Assembly (NCBI RefSeq): GCF_047249845.1
Contig: NZ_JBKTWO010000005.1
Span: 15,397 to 79,396 of the forward strand
Direction of reading: 5' to 3'
DNA: 64,000 nucleotides
Source: Thomasclavelia sp.
GTDB taxonomy: Bacteria > Bacillota_I > Bacilli_A > Erysipelotrichales > Coprobacillaceae
Shown here: positions 20,266 to 29,988 of the stretch, piece after piece
Layout: every line of letters begins with the position of its first letter
Position numbering within the stretch: position 1 is the first letter of the stretch
The notes under the pieces: model-generated
What the model was told of the DNA's origin: nothing
Databases searched by the model: none
What the model saw: only the letters and a program-made list of their open reading frames with translations
Position numbers and translations under genes: made by a program

Positions 20266-23200
20266 CTAATTAGTAATTTTAATTTTTTCTAATTTTATTT
20301 CTATTGCTTCTACATGCTTAGATAACCCTGTTGTTCCTGCAATTTCTCCATTTTTAGCCCAATCAAGCCAGCCATAGTCTTCTACATGAACCCGATAATA
20401 TATATCATAATTATTTGCCATTTCCCCTGTTAATTTAATTTGCATTGCTTCCAATGGCATTGATTGTCCTGTTGTTCCCACGGTCACACCATCACTTTGC
20501 CAATTTTGCCAACCTATACCTTGAATATATGTACGATATTGAACTGAACCTGTAAATAATTGATTCTCTAATGCAATTTTAATCGCTTCTAATTGTTTTG
20601 CTCTTCCTACTGTTCCTGACATTGCTCCATCATACTTTTTTGCCTGCCAGCCAATATCTTGTATGTGCGTTGAATATGATATATACCTTTGAATATGTGG
20701 TCTTTCTGTATTTCCTGGAGCTTCTCCTCCCCTTTTTACTAATTTTATTTCTATTGCTTCTAATTGTTTTGCTAATCCTGTTGTTCCTGCAATTTCTCCA
20801 TTTTTAGCCCAATCAAGCCAGCCGTAGTCTTCTACATGAACTCGATAGTATATATCATAATGAGCACTCATCTCATCAGTTAATTTTATTTGAACAGCTT
20901 CTAATTGTTTTGCTTTTCCACTTGTTCCAGATATTTCACCGCTGGATTTCCAATCCTTTTCCCAGCCATAATCTTCTATATGAGATTTGTATTGAACACT
21001 TCCATTATATTCTGGATTCTCTAATATTATTTTTATTGCCTCAAGCTGCTTTACTTTTCCTACTGTTCCTGACATTGCTCCATCATATTTTTTTGCCTGC
21101 CAGCCAATATCTTGTATGTGCGTTGAATATGATATATACCTTTGAATATGTGGTCTTTCTGTATTTCCTGGAGCTTCTCCTCCCCTTTTTACTAATTTTA
21201 TTTCTATTGCTTCTAATTGTTTTGCTAATCCTGTTGTTCCTGCAATTTCTCCATTTTTAGCCCAATCAAGCCAGCCGTAGTCTTCTACATGAACTCGATA
21301 GTATATATCATAATGAGCACTCATCTCATCAGTTAATTTTATTTGAACAGCTTCTAATTGTTTTGCTTTTCCACTTGTTCCAGATATTTCACCGCTGGAT
21401 TTCCAATCCTTTTCCCAGCCATAATCTTCTATATGAGATTTGTATTGAACACTTCCATTATATTCTGGATTCTCTAATATTATTTTTATTGCCTCAAGCT
21501 GCTTTACTTTTCCTACTGTTCCTGACATTGCTCCATCATATTTTTTTGCCTGCCAGCCAATATCTTGTATGTGCGTTGAATATGATATTGATGAATTAGG
21601 GTTAGAAACTGTTACAAAACATTTAGCAATAATCCCATTAATTGTTGTTGCTGTAATCGTAGCAATACCAGCAGATACACCAGTCACTCTTCCATCACTA
21701 TCCACTTTTGCCACATTACTATTACTTGTTTTCCATGTTAATATTTTATTATTTGTAGTATTAGATGGTTCAATTTGTGCATTTAATAACATAGATTGAT
21801 TTACATTTAAAGTTAAATATGATTTATCCAATGTAATCCCAGTTATTGGAATGTTAGTACTACTTGATGGTATAGTAACATTAAATGTAATACTATTATC
21901 ATTACTGCTTACAACATTTATTACAATACCACTATTGCTACCATCACTATAAAATAGTGTATCATTATCCCATTTATTTGTTGAAACTCTAGGTTTGCCA
22001 AACCTATTACGATTATATTTGTTTAATACTGCATTTCTAAGATCTCCCTCGCCTTTACCAAGCTGAGATTCCTCAGGTCTAAAAATATATAAGTAATCTT
22101 TTCTTCCATCATCAGAATTTGAAATATTACCATCTTTAATTTCACTATTTATGCGATATACTATTAAGCCATCATTATTGCTCGTTGCATCTCCTCGTAC
22201 ATCATTTCGTTTTTCATAAAATTCCACTACAAAAAATTCCTTATTATTATAGGGTGAATATAATTTAACTGCTCTTTTTTCACCTGGATTTGCATATTGA
22301 GGACGATTTAAAGTAATTGTCCCTGATGTCATTATTTCAGGTAATTTATTGCTCCATCCTAAATTATTATATTCACTACTCATGTATGCTAATATTCCCT
22401 GCGGATTATAATACGTTGTTTCTGCCATAACATCATAAAAGCCAACTGGATTACCATTATTATTATAACGATATAAATCAGGTAATCCTAAAATATGCAT
22501 ATACTCATGAATTATTGTTCCATAAGTACTTTGATTTAATGAAAAAACCCCTCCAGCATGCATACTATCGTATGTATTGATTAAATTATAAGTATCAACT
22601 GTCTTACCATGTAATTTAACATTAGGATTCATACCACTAATTTTATGTGACCATAGTAAATCAGACCATTGTACTTTATCCTCTGTTGCGCTATCTGCCT
22701 CAACAAAAAATGATATAGCGTCAATATATCCATCATTATTTTTATCTAAATCTCCTGCTGATAATACTCTTTCAATACTCTCTTTTGATTTAGAAAGAAC
22801 TTCATTAATCAATTCCTTTTCTCTTTGTGACTTTTGACTATTAGAAGTATAACCTTCTTTATTACTATTACTCCACTTCATGTAATAACTTCTATTCTTT
22901 GAAAGCTTTACAGAAGTTACCTTTCCATTTATATCTTGTGGGAAAAAACTAGTTGTTGTAGTCATTTTATTATATGTATATTTTTCAACATACTGTTTCA
23001 TTGATAATACAGGTACTTTATCATTTACAATATCCATATTTACATTGCCAGTATTCATTAAAGAATTTGCTTTGCTTAATGTTAGACTATCATCTAAACT
23101 AGTTGTTGGTTTATCTGGAAACTCCACTAGAATAGCTAAATAATTATTTTCCTGGGTTGCTGTAGATCTTTGAAATCTATTATAGGTGATTGGTTTAGAC

Positions 23201-23376
23201 TTGCTTTTTTCTAATCCATACATTTCAGTATAATCAACAAATCCCCCTTTATGTTCTTCTAATAATGGTGTATCCATTACATTATTTTGTGCATTTACTG
23301 ATATTAATGTGTAATTTCCTATTACTAGTATATTTATTAATAACATCATCAGTATTTTTCTTAATCTTTGATGCAT
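20266..23376 (-). CDS. Secreted M6-family (immune inhibitor A-like) metalloprotease with Big_2 domain and ChW repeats
   Basis: Signal peptide, LAILVEFPD, DKNNDGYID, HEYMHILGLPDLY zincin motif, WKTSNSNVAKV..G.VT Ig-like motif, nine ChW repeats. Confidence 0.88.
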   Translation of the reverse strand: MHQRLRKILMMLLINILVIGNYTLISVNAQNNVMDTPLLEEHKGGFVDYTEMYGLEKSKSKPITYNRFQRSTATQENNYLAILVEFPDKPTTSLDDSLTLSKANSLMNTGNVNMDIVNDKVPVLSMKQYVEKYTYNKMTTTTSFFPQDINGKVTSVKLSKNRSYYMKWSNSNKEGYTSNSQKSQREKELINEVLSKSKESIERVLSAGDLDKNNDGYIDAISFFVEADSATEDKVQWSDLLWSHKISGMNPNVKLHGKTVDTYNLINTYDSMHAGGVFSLNQSTYGTIIHEYMHILGLPDLYRYNNNGNPVGFYDVMAETTYYNPQGILAYMSSEYNNLGWSNKLPEIMTSGTITLNRPQYANPGEKRAVKLYSPYNNKEFFVVEFYEKRNDVRGDATSNNDGLIVYRINSEIKDGNISNSDDGRKDYLYIFRPEESQLGKGEGDLRNAVLNKYNRNRFGKPRVSTNKWDNDTLFYSDGSNSGIVINVVSSNDNSITFNVTIPSSSTNIPITGITLDKSYLTLNVNQSMLLNAQIEPSNTTNNKILTWKTSNSNVAKVDSDGRVTGVSAGIATITATTINGIIAKCFVTVSNPNSSISYSTHIQDIGWQAKKYDGAMSGTVGKVKQLEAIKIILENPEYNGSVQYKSHIEDYGWEKDWKSSGEISGTSGKAKQLEAVQIKLTDEMSAHYDIYYRVHVEDYGWLDWAKNGEIAGTTGLAKQLEAIEIKLVKRGGEAPGNTERPHIQRYISYSTHIQDIGWQAKKYDGAMSGTVGKVKQLEAIKIILENPEYNGSVQYKSHIEDYGWEKDWKSSGEISGTSGKAKQLEAVQIKLTDEMSAHYDIYYRVHVEDYGWLDWAKNGEIAGTTGLAKQLEAIEIKLVKRGGEAPGNTERPHIQRYISYSTHIQDIGWQAKKYDGAMSGTVGRAKQLEAIKIALENQLFTGSVQYRTYIQGIGWQNWQSDGVTVGTTGQSMPLEAMQIKLTGEMANNYDIYYRVHVEDYGWLDWAKNGEIAGTTGLSKHVEAIEIKLEKIKITN
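20604..21588. repeat. Near-perfect 453-bp tandem repeat (about 2.2 copies) encoding a ChW triplet
   Basis: ttcctactgttcctgacattgctcc recurs at 20604, 21057 and 21510; the 151-aa unit is identical in the protein. Confidence 0.95.
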
Positions 23377-23433
23377 TTTATTTTCCCCCTTTTTATTATT
23401 ATAATAATATATATTTTATCATAATAAGCCCTT

Positions 23434-23475
23434 AAAAACTATTAAAAATCAATATATTGATTTTTAATAGTTTTT
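23434..23475. repeat. Perfect 42-bp palindrome upstream of the M6 protease gene
   Basis: aaaaactattaaaaatcaata followed directly by its reverse complement tattgatttttaatagttttt. Confidence 0.9.
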
Positions 23476-23714
23476 ATTTACTAATTATAAAAAAAGAAAT
23501 CTTACTTTTGTAAGCTTTCCCTATTTTTTGAATGTATTTAATTGTTAGAGCTTATATATTTGAGTTATTATCAGATAAGATGTAAAATAATTTTCTATTA
23601 TATTCGATTGGCTTCATCCTACCATTTTCTTCTTTATCTATATGAATCTACTTTGACATTCTACTATATTATTATTAATAAGTTACTCTAAAATATTAGA
23701 TAATATTCTCAAGT

Positions 23715-24262
23715 AATAAAATTGTTTTGAAAATAGTGATTCCCATTTGACAATTCTAAATACCAATTTAATTAAAAAATATAAACTCTTTTTTCGATTT
23801 TTGCCATTATAAGCATATAGAATGGTGTTTTATTTCACTATAAAATTAAAACAGGTATTAAGAACATTACAGTACTTCCTACTCGCAAACTTATGTCAAA
23901 TCTTTATATAATTTTTTATAATCTCATTTGCATCTATACTATTGCATATTTAATAAAATCATTATCAAGCTCCCACCATGAACTTCCAAAATCAAACCCT
24001 AATCTTGCTGTGTTTTTCTCTTAAAAATTATTACTTTATACATCCCTCCTGTAATCAGGATGTATGGATGCTTTAAAATAGTTATTCCAATAGATTGATT
24101 AGTAATAAAATGCCTCTTTAATTAAATTAATAGTAGCATGTATCATTTGACTTTATCCCCATTTAATATCAAAAGTTTTACTATCCGGTAAAAGAAAAAT
24201 ATTATCTTTTTTTATTATTTCGCTTGTTATATCACATTTCTAATCTACATGTAAATAAAAAT
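23715..24262 (-). pseudogene. GT14 (core-2/I-branching beta-1,6-GlcNAc transferase-like) pseudogene
   Basis: Minus strand reads NFYLHVD*K...DIKWG*SQMIHATINLIKEA and later DFGSSWWELDNDFIKYA, matching GT14 motifs (HVDKK, WG.S...AT, GSxWW) with in-frame stops; ends approximate. Confidence 0.75.
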
Positions 24263-24500
24263 TTCTAGTTACTATTCAATGTATATCTCCACAATACCTT
24301 TATACTTTAAATATCAATATTATGTCTATTTTTCTAAACTTAAAAGATTCATTCACCATTACTTTCTATATTTAGTTATAGTAAAATCTTTCTTATAATT
24401 CTAATAACTTGTATACTTCCTTTTAGAAAAATCAAAATCTCATAGTTTAGATTTCCTAATGAAATACCGTAATATACTTATACATTACTGTTATCTGTCT

Positions 24501-25865
24501 CTATAATGATCCTTTTCCATAAACCACACTCTTAATAGTCTTATAAATAATTGTAAAATCTAGCCAAATTGACCAGTTATGATAATAATAATCATCTAAC
24601 TTACAACGATAATTAAACTCCACATCACTTCTTCCGTTTGCTTGCCACATTCCTGTAACTCCTGGTTTTAATTTTATTATTGTGTCATAGTATTGTCCCA
24701 TATCTTCTTTTTCACGAGGTAAATACGGTCTCGGACCAATAAAACTCATTTCCCCTTTTAATACATTTATAAACTGTGGCCATTCATCTAAAGAAGTTTT
24801 TCTCAAAAATTCTCCTACTGTTGTAATTCTAGGATCATCTTTCAATTTTTTATTAGTTAAATACTCTTCTTTTATTTTAGGATCTTCTTCCATCATTCTT
24901 TCAAGTTCTGCCTCAGCATTAGGAATCATTGATCTAAATTTATATATTTTAATCATCCTCCCATTTTTGCCAATCCGATCTTGCGAAAACATGATATTAT
25001 CATGATCTCCACTTTTTACATATTTATATTTTACATAAATCATTAGTGGTAATAGCGTAATAACACCTGCAATACCTGCTAAAATATCTATTAAACGCTT
25101 TAGAATTCTGTCTAGTGTCCCCATCTCATCATTTGATGTTGCAATTAATAATTGACCATCAAAATCTTGCACTTCTGATGAAAAAGTCATTGTACCATTA
25201 ACATTTGGTAAATATTTTACAGCCTCTACTTTACCGTATATATCACTCATCACTTTATCGGTTACCCTTTGACTTGCTTCTGGTAATGCAATTATTATCT
25301 GTTCTATTTTTAAAGTATTTATAGCCTCATCAATTTTACAATAATCATATACTCTACTATGTTTAATAACATTTTCTTGTTTAAACCCATATAATTCATT
25401 AGTTTTATTTACATCTACATAACCTTTTACATCAGTTAATGCAAAACGGTTATTATTAGAAATTTTTCCTAGTCTAGCCGCTTCATATCCCGTTCCTATA
25501 ACCAATGTTCTTCTAGCAAACTGTTCTCTAAAAGCTATTCTTAAAAATCTTGAAGCTAATAAACTAATTATAAACATTGAAACAACCATTAATGTTAAAT
25601 GCATCCTACGCTCATAACCAGTTGCTTTTGGTACTAATACTAGTAAAGCAATAAAGAAACAAAAACTTGATTTAACTAATTGCTGTATTTCATTCCAAAT
25701 CAAACATGTATTTAATGAATAATGACCATATATAAATAAGAATAAAAAATATAATGTCCCTGAACCAAGTATTAAATCAATATCCATATGAAAATATAAA
25801 CAGATGAAATAATACATAACTGCCTCAATCCCAAATAACATAAACGGCATTATTTTCCTATTCAT
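24501..25865 (-). CDS. Priming polyprenyl-phosphate sugar phosphotransferase (CpsE/WcaJ/WbaP family)
   Basis: N-terminal TMs, KRLIDI, KFRSM, DPRIT.VG.FLRKTSLDEWPQ, GPRP and KPGVTGMWQ motifs. Confidence 0.93.
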   Translation of the reverse strand: MNRKIMPFMLFGIEAVMYYFICLYFHMDIDLILGSGTLYFLFLFIYGHYSLNTCLIWNEIQQLVKSSFCFFIALLVLVPKATGYERRMHLTLMVVSMFIISLLASRFLRIAFREQFARRTLVIGTGYEAARLGKISNNNRFALTDVKGYVDVNKTNELYGFKQENVIKHSRVYDYCKIDEAINTLKIEQIIIALPEASQRVTDKVMSDIYGKVEAVKYLPNVNGTMTFSSEVQDFDGQLLIATSNDEMGTLDRILKRLIDILAGIAGVITLLPLMIYVKYKYVKSGDHDNIMFSQDRIGKNGRMIKIYKFRSMIPNAEAELERMMEEDPKIKEEYLTNKKLKDDPRITTVGEFLRKTSLDEWPQFINVLKGEMSFIGPRPYLPREKEDMGQYYDTIIKLKPGVTGMWQANGRSDVEFNYRCKLDDYYYHNWSIWLDFTIIYKTIKSVVYGKGSL

Positions 25866-26007
25866 AAACTCACCTCAACATTCATAGAACAATTATACCC
25901 CAATATACTATTTATTTCTATCTTTTATAATTTTAAACATTATTATTAATTGTTTAAAATTATAAATATAGTATAATATTTATATATCTTTATGATGGAG
26001 GCAAAAA

Positions 26008-26484
26008 ATGAAAAAGTTTTACACTAGTATAAATAAATTCATGTGGACTCATCCATTTATTAAATCATGCACTCACTTTTTATCAAGATTTTGTCCTTAT
26101 ATGGTTGCAATATTTTATATGTTATTTTTACTAAAGATTTATTTAGACAGACCTAATAATTTATTTATTTTAGCTGCTGAACCAATTGGAGTTATTTCAA
26201 TTACATTGATTCTAAGAATCATAATAAACCGCCAGCGTCCATCAGAAAAATATAATTTACTTCCTATTGATGGAAGTAAAAAAACTGGACACTCTTTTCC
26301 TAGTATTCATGTTGCAACTTCATTATCAATTGCCCTAGCAGTTTTAAGGTATGGTCCAAATATGGGATTATTATTATTTACACTTACTATTTTTATAACC
26401 ATAGCAAGATTACTTTCAGGAGTTCATTATATAAGTGATATTATTGCAAGCATTTCAATTGCTCTTATCATTAATATAATCTAA
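26008..26484 (+). CDS. PAP2-family phosphatase (possible undecaprenyl-PP phosphatase)
   Basis: R....RP, SFPSIH and RLLSGVHY..D motifs. Confidence 0.85.
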   Translation: MKKFYTSINKFMWTHPFIKSCTHFLSRFCPYMVAIFYMLFLLKIYLDRPNNLFILAAEPIGVISITLILRIIINRQRPSEKYNLLPIDGSKKTGHSFPSIHVATSLSIALAVLRYGPNMGLLLFTLTIFITIARLLSGVHYISDIIASISIALIINII

Positions 26485-26656
26485 TATTAATTTTAGAATC
26501 ACGAATTAATATAAGTGATTCTTTTTATTTTAATTAGTATTTTTTAGATTCAATACTGATTTTGTTTTTATTTTTTTACAAAAACAAACATCTAAAACCA
26601 CAAAATGTGATACTTATGATATAATAATGTCAAAACTATAGAAAGGAGCGATAACT

Positions 26657-27436
26657 ATGGCAACAATTACTTGCCCATCATGTGGTAAAGAATTAAGCGA
26701 TGATGCGTCTTTTTGTCCAAAATGTGGAGCCCCAATCAAAACAGATTTATCAGAAAAGACAACTGATTCATCTCAAGAAAAAATAACTGAAACGGAGGAC
26801 TTAACAGAATTAAAAAATACTGAAAAACAAAAAAAGAAACCAACTAAAAAAACAATTATTATAATATCAGTTATTGCACTGGTTGTAATTATTGTTAGTA
26901 TCTTTGGTATTAAATCATATACGGATAAGAAAGAACGCCAAGAATATGTTGAATCATACAATACATATATAGATGATATTGATGATTTAAGTGACTTAAT
27001 GTTAAAAGGTGCTGCAAGTTCTGAAGCCCTTTGCAACTTAACAACCAAAGTATGGTATAACTCTATTTGGGAAAAAGCAGATGATGAAACTGATAAATTT
27101 ACTCAAACTAATGGTATATTTGTATCTGATTTTAATGATGCATTATTTAATTTAAGTATTGATTCAGATACTATTATTAAAATTAAAGAAATAAATACTA
27201 ATGTTGATGACGTAAAAGTTAAATTTAAAAAAATGAAAAATTATCCAGAAGAATTAAAAAGTGAATATGAAACACTTGAAAAGATGTATGATAGTTATAT
27301 AAGTTTTACTAATTTGGCTATTGATCCTACTGGATCATATAAAACATATAATGATAAATTTATTGAGATAGATTCAGAATTTATGGATTTATATAAAAAA
27401 GTAAAAGATTTTGATCTTTCACATTTAACTGAGTAA
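26657..27436 (+). CDS. Zinc-ribbon membrane-anchored protein
   Basis: CPSCG...FCPKCG, single TM, acidic helical ectodomain; AGGAG RBS. Confidence 0.8.
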   Translation: MATITCPSCGKELSDDASFCPKCGAPIKTDLSEKTTDSSQEKITETEDLTELKNTEKQKKKPTKKTIIIISVIALVVIIVSIFGIKSYTDKKERQEYVESYNTYIDDIDDLSDLMLKGAASSEALCNLTTKVWYNSIWEKADDETDKFTQTNGIFVSDFNDALFNLSIDSDTIIKIKEINTNVDDVKVKFKKMKNYPEELKSEYETLEKMYDSYISFTNLAIDPTGSYKTYNDKFIEIDSEFMDLYKKVKDFDLSHLTE

Positions 27437-27520
27437 AGTAGATATTATATTTTTAAACAAAAATGACAACTAATCTAAAACATAAAAAATTAAATATATT
27501 ATAAACTTATTTTAAATAAT

Positions 27521-27554
27521 AAAGGATTTTCTCAAAAAATAGAGAAAGTCCTTT
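27521..27554 (+). terminator. Intrinsic terminator
   Basis: aaaggattttctc...gagaaagtccttt stem followed by a T-rich tract. Confidence 0.55.
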
Positions 27555-27881
27555 ATTTCTAGATAAGATATATCTTGTTTACTTCATTTCTTTTATTATT
27601 TCAATCTTAACTTTTCTTTATATGATCAGATAAATATATTTTTTAAATAAAAAATATATTTAAACATACAAAATAGATTTATTTAGTTTTGATCATTTTG
27701 ATCCATAATAATTCAAATGAGCTTTTTCATCAACTTCTATATTTCATTAAAAGACATATATCTTTTATTCTAAATCAGCTCTCTGTTTTATTATCACTTT
27801 AGCTGCGACATCTAGCTATCAATACTTAATTTTTGATTTCATTTTATTTCCTTTTTAAAATTATTCTGTATTAATATTTTT

Positions 27882-28691
27882 TTAATAATTATTCATCTTA
27901 TTTATCAATCGTTTCATATGTCCTTCAAACATTACATACATCCCAATATATATAACTTCTGCAACTAAAGTAAAAGAAATCATAATTACTACAAACGATG
28001 CTAATGGACCATAAACAGTTGTATAATCAGCTATACTAAAATATAGTTCTAATCCTGATAATAATATCAACATCAACAAACTTGCAAATGCCGCTCCTTT
28101 TACAATATCTACTACATGAACCTTAACATCAGGTATTATTTTATAAAGTAAAAATAAAATAATAAACATAATTAAAAATAAATATATTTCATCAAAAATA
28201 AATATGTTACTTAAATTCATGAAAACATTAATTACTGGAACGATAGTTAATAATGAAATAATTAGTAACAACAGTACAAACACAGCCAATGTTTTAAATA
28301 ACATAATTATTTGTTCAATAATAAAGTTTCTTTGGTGAGTTGAAGGAAAAAGGTTTTTTGATATCCCATATAATTGATTTATTCCCCTACTTACAACAAA
28401 TAAAGAAGTAATTATTGCTATTATCGAAGAAATACTAATATGACTAGATTTTAAAGATACAATTATAATACTAGAAAACTCAGGTGTTAAATATCTTTTT
28501 AATAACTCTTCTAGTGATGTTAAATCAACGTTAAATATTGATGCTAAAAAAGCACATAAAGAACAAATTGGAATAATTGACATAATTAAGTAATATGCAA
28601 AACATATTCCTGCATTTTTATTTACTTTATAACGATAATCTAAAACCCGATTATTTATTCTATTATATAACTTAACAATTATTTTACTCAT
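27882..28691 (-). CDS. YihY/BrkB family membrane protein
   Basis: AYY..MSIIP, LYKIIP and Y...YGPLAS motifs. Confidence 0.85.
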   Translation of the reverse strand: MSKIIVKLYNRINNRVLDYRYKVNKNAGICFAYYLIMSIIPICSLCAFLASIFNVDLTSLEELLKRYLTPEFSSIIIVSLKSSHISISSIIAIITSLFVVSRGINQLYGISKNLFPSTHQRNFIIEQIIMLFKTLAVFVLLLLIISLLTIVPVINVFMNLSNIFIFDEIYLFLIMFIILFLLYKIIPDVKVHVVDIVKGAAFASLLMLILLSGLELYFSIADYTTVYGPLASFVVIMISFTLVAEVIYIGMYVMFEGHMKRLINKMNNY

Positions 28692-28857
28692 ATTTCTTCA
28701 CCTAAGTACCTTTTATTTAAGTATATCTTAGATAACTTGAATTGCATAGCACTCGAACTAAATTTAGCTCTTATTTCATCAAAATACTTTATATACTTAG
28801 AATTGTATTTCAATTCTAAAACAAAAATAACTTACTAAATTTGTTTATATTCACAAA

Positions 28858-28891
28858 AAAGTAATGATTGGAATATTCCAATCATCACTTT
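28858..28891 (-). terminator. Terminator closing the phage-tail operon
   Basis: atgattggaat/attccaatcat palindrome right after the amidase stop, T-run on the minus strand. Confidence 0.7.
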
Positions 28892-28892
28892 C

Positions 28893-29729
28893 TTAATATT
28901 TTTCACCACTTAATAAATATTTCCATGTATTTTTTCCAACTATACCATCTTGTTTTAAATCACGATTTTTTTGAAATACCTTTACTGCATTTTTAGTTTT
29001 AGTCCCAAAGATTCCATCTTCTACAATATTAAAACCAACACTATTTAACCTCTCTTGAATTAGTTTAGTTATATTACCACATGCATTTAATTTTACCATT
29101 GGACAAGCTATTAAAATATTAATAGAATTTATACCATTAACTATTAGGTTACTTGAATATTGTCTATTTAATTCCTCTTGTAATCTAGCAATCCAATCAT
29201 CATATTTACCACTTGGATTTTCATTACAAATTCCTCGATAAATTGCTTCTGCAAATTTATCAGAACCTAGCATTAGATATCTATTAGCATCCTCACTATC
29301 AACAAAACAAACTTCAACTAAGATACTTTTAGCTTTAGTTTTCTTGATCACGTATAAATTACTTCCATCTTTAACTCCACGATTATTAAAATCTAATAAT
29401 TGAATATTTTTACATATATTTAAAGCTGGTTGTAATTTCTTACCCTTATATGTATATACTTCAATGCCCTTTCCACCACCTGCATTAAAATGAACTGATA
29501 TAAAATAATCCACATCCTCTCTATTAGCAAGTTCAACACTTTTCTTTAAATATTCTACTTGAGTATTAGCTTTATCAACTGTACAGTTAATTACTTTATG
29601 TCCACTATTTTCTAATAGTCTTATTAACTTTTCTCCTACTTTGCGTGTTTCAATGCTTTCTTCTATGATTCCTACAGCACCACTTCCCGGCCCTTTTAGT
29701 GTATGACCACAGTTAATTGCAATTTTCAT
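28893..29729 (-). CDS. Endolysin: Amidase_3 with C-terminal PG-binding domain
   Basis: INCGH, E, SVHFNA and LVEVCFVD zinc-amidase motifs; DGIFG..T..AVK.FQ....L..DGIVG..TW. Confidence 0.92.
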   Translation of the reverse strand: MKIAINCGHTLKGPGSGAVGIIEESIETRKVGEKLIRLLENSGHKVINCTVDKANTQVEYLKKSVELANREDVDYFISVHFNAGGGKGIEVYTYKGKKLQPALNICKNIQLLDFNNRGVKDGSNLYVIKKTKAKSILVEVCFVDSEDANRYLMLGSDKFAEAIYRGICNENPSGKYDDWIARLQEELNRQYSSNLIVNGINSINILIACPMVKLNACGNITKLIQERLNSVGFNIVEDGIFGTKTKNAVKVFQKNRDLKQDGIVGKNTWKYLLSGEKY

Positions 29730-29976
29730 ATAATCTTCTATCTTTCAATCCAGGGGTTGTTGGGTCATTAATTGCATTAAACACACTAACAAATACCAAA
29801 CTTAATACATAGGGATTTTTAAAAGCATCAATTAATAAATTGATTAGAGTACCCCAAGTAGTTATATCTTCTGCTCTTAATCCAGCATATGCTAAAATTG
29901 GCGTTAAGACAGCTAATATCATTTGTACTAGAAAAACAGGATTCTTTAATCTGACTCTTAAATTTATATTTTTCAT
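29713..29976 (-). CDS. Phage holin (phi LC3-like)
   Basis: INLRVRLKNPVF and DPTT.G motifs, two TMs, immediately upstream of the amidase. Confidence 0.85.
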   Translation of the reverse strand: MKNINLRVRLKNPVFLVQMILAVLTPILAYAGLRAEDITTWGTLINLLIDAFKNPYVLSLVFVSVFNAINDPTTPGLKDRRLYENCN

Positions 29977-29988
29977 AATATTATTTTA

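Noticed and set aside
16709..21600. CRISPR-like periodic repeats
   Set aside because: The periodicity is in-frame ChW coding repeats; there are no unique spacers or cas genes.
27700..27856. RBS plus ATG (MKSKIKY*) on the minus strand downstream of yihY
   Set aside because: Multiple immediate stops and no recognisable family; possibly a relic but not supportable.
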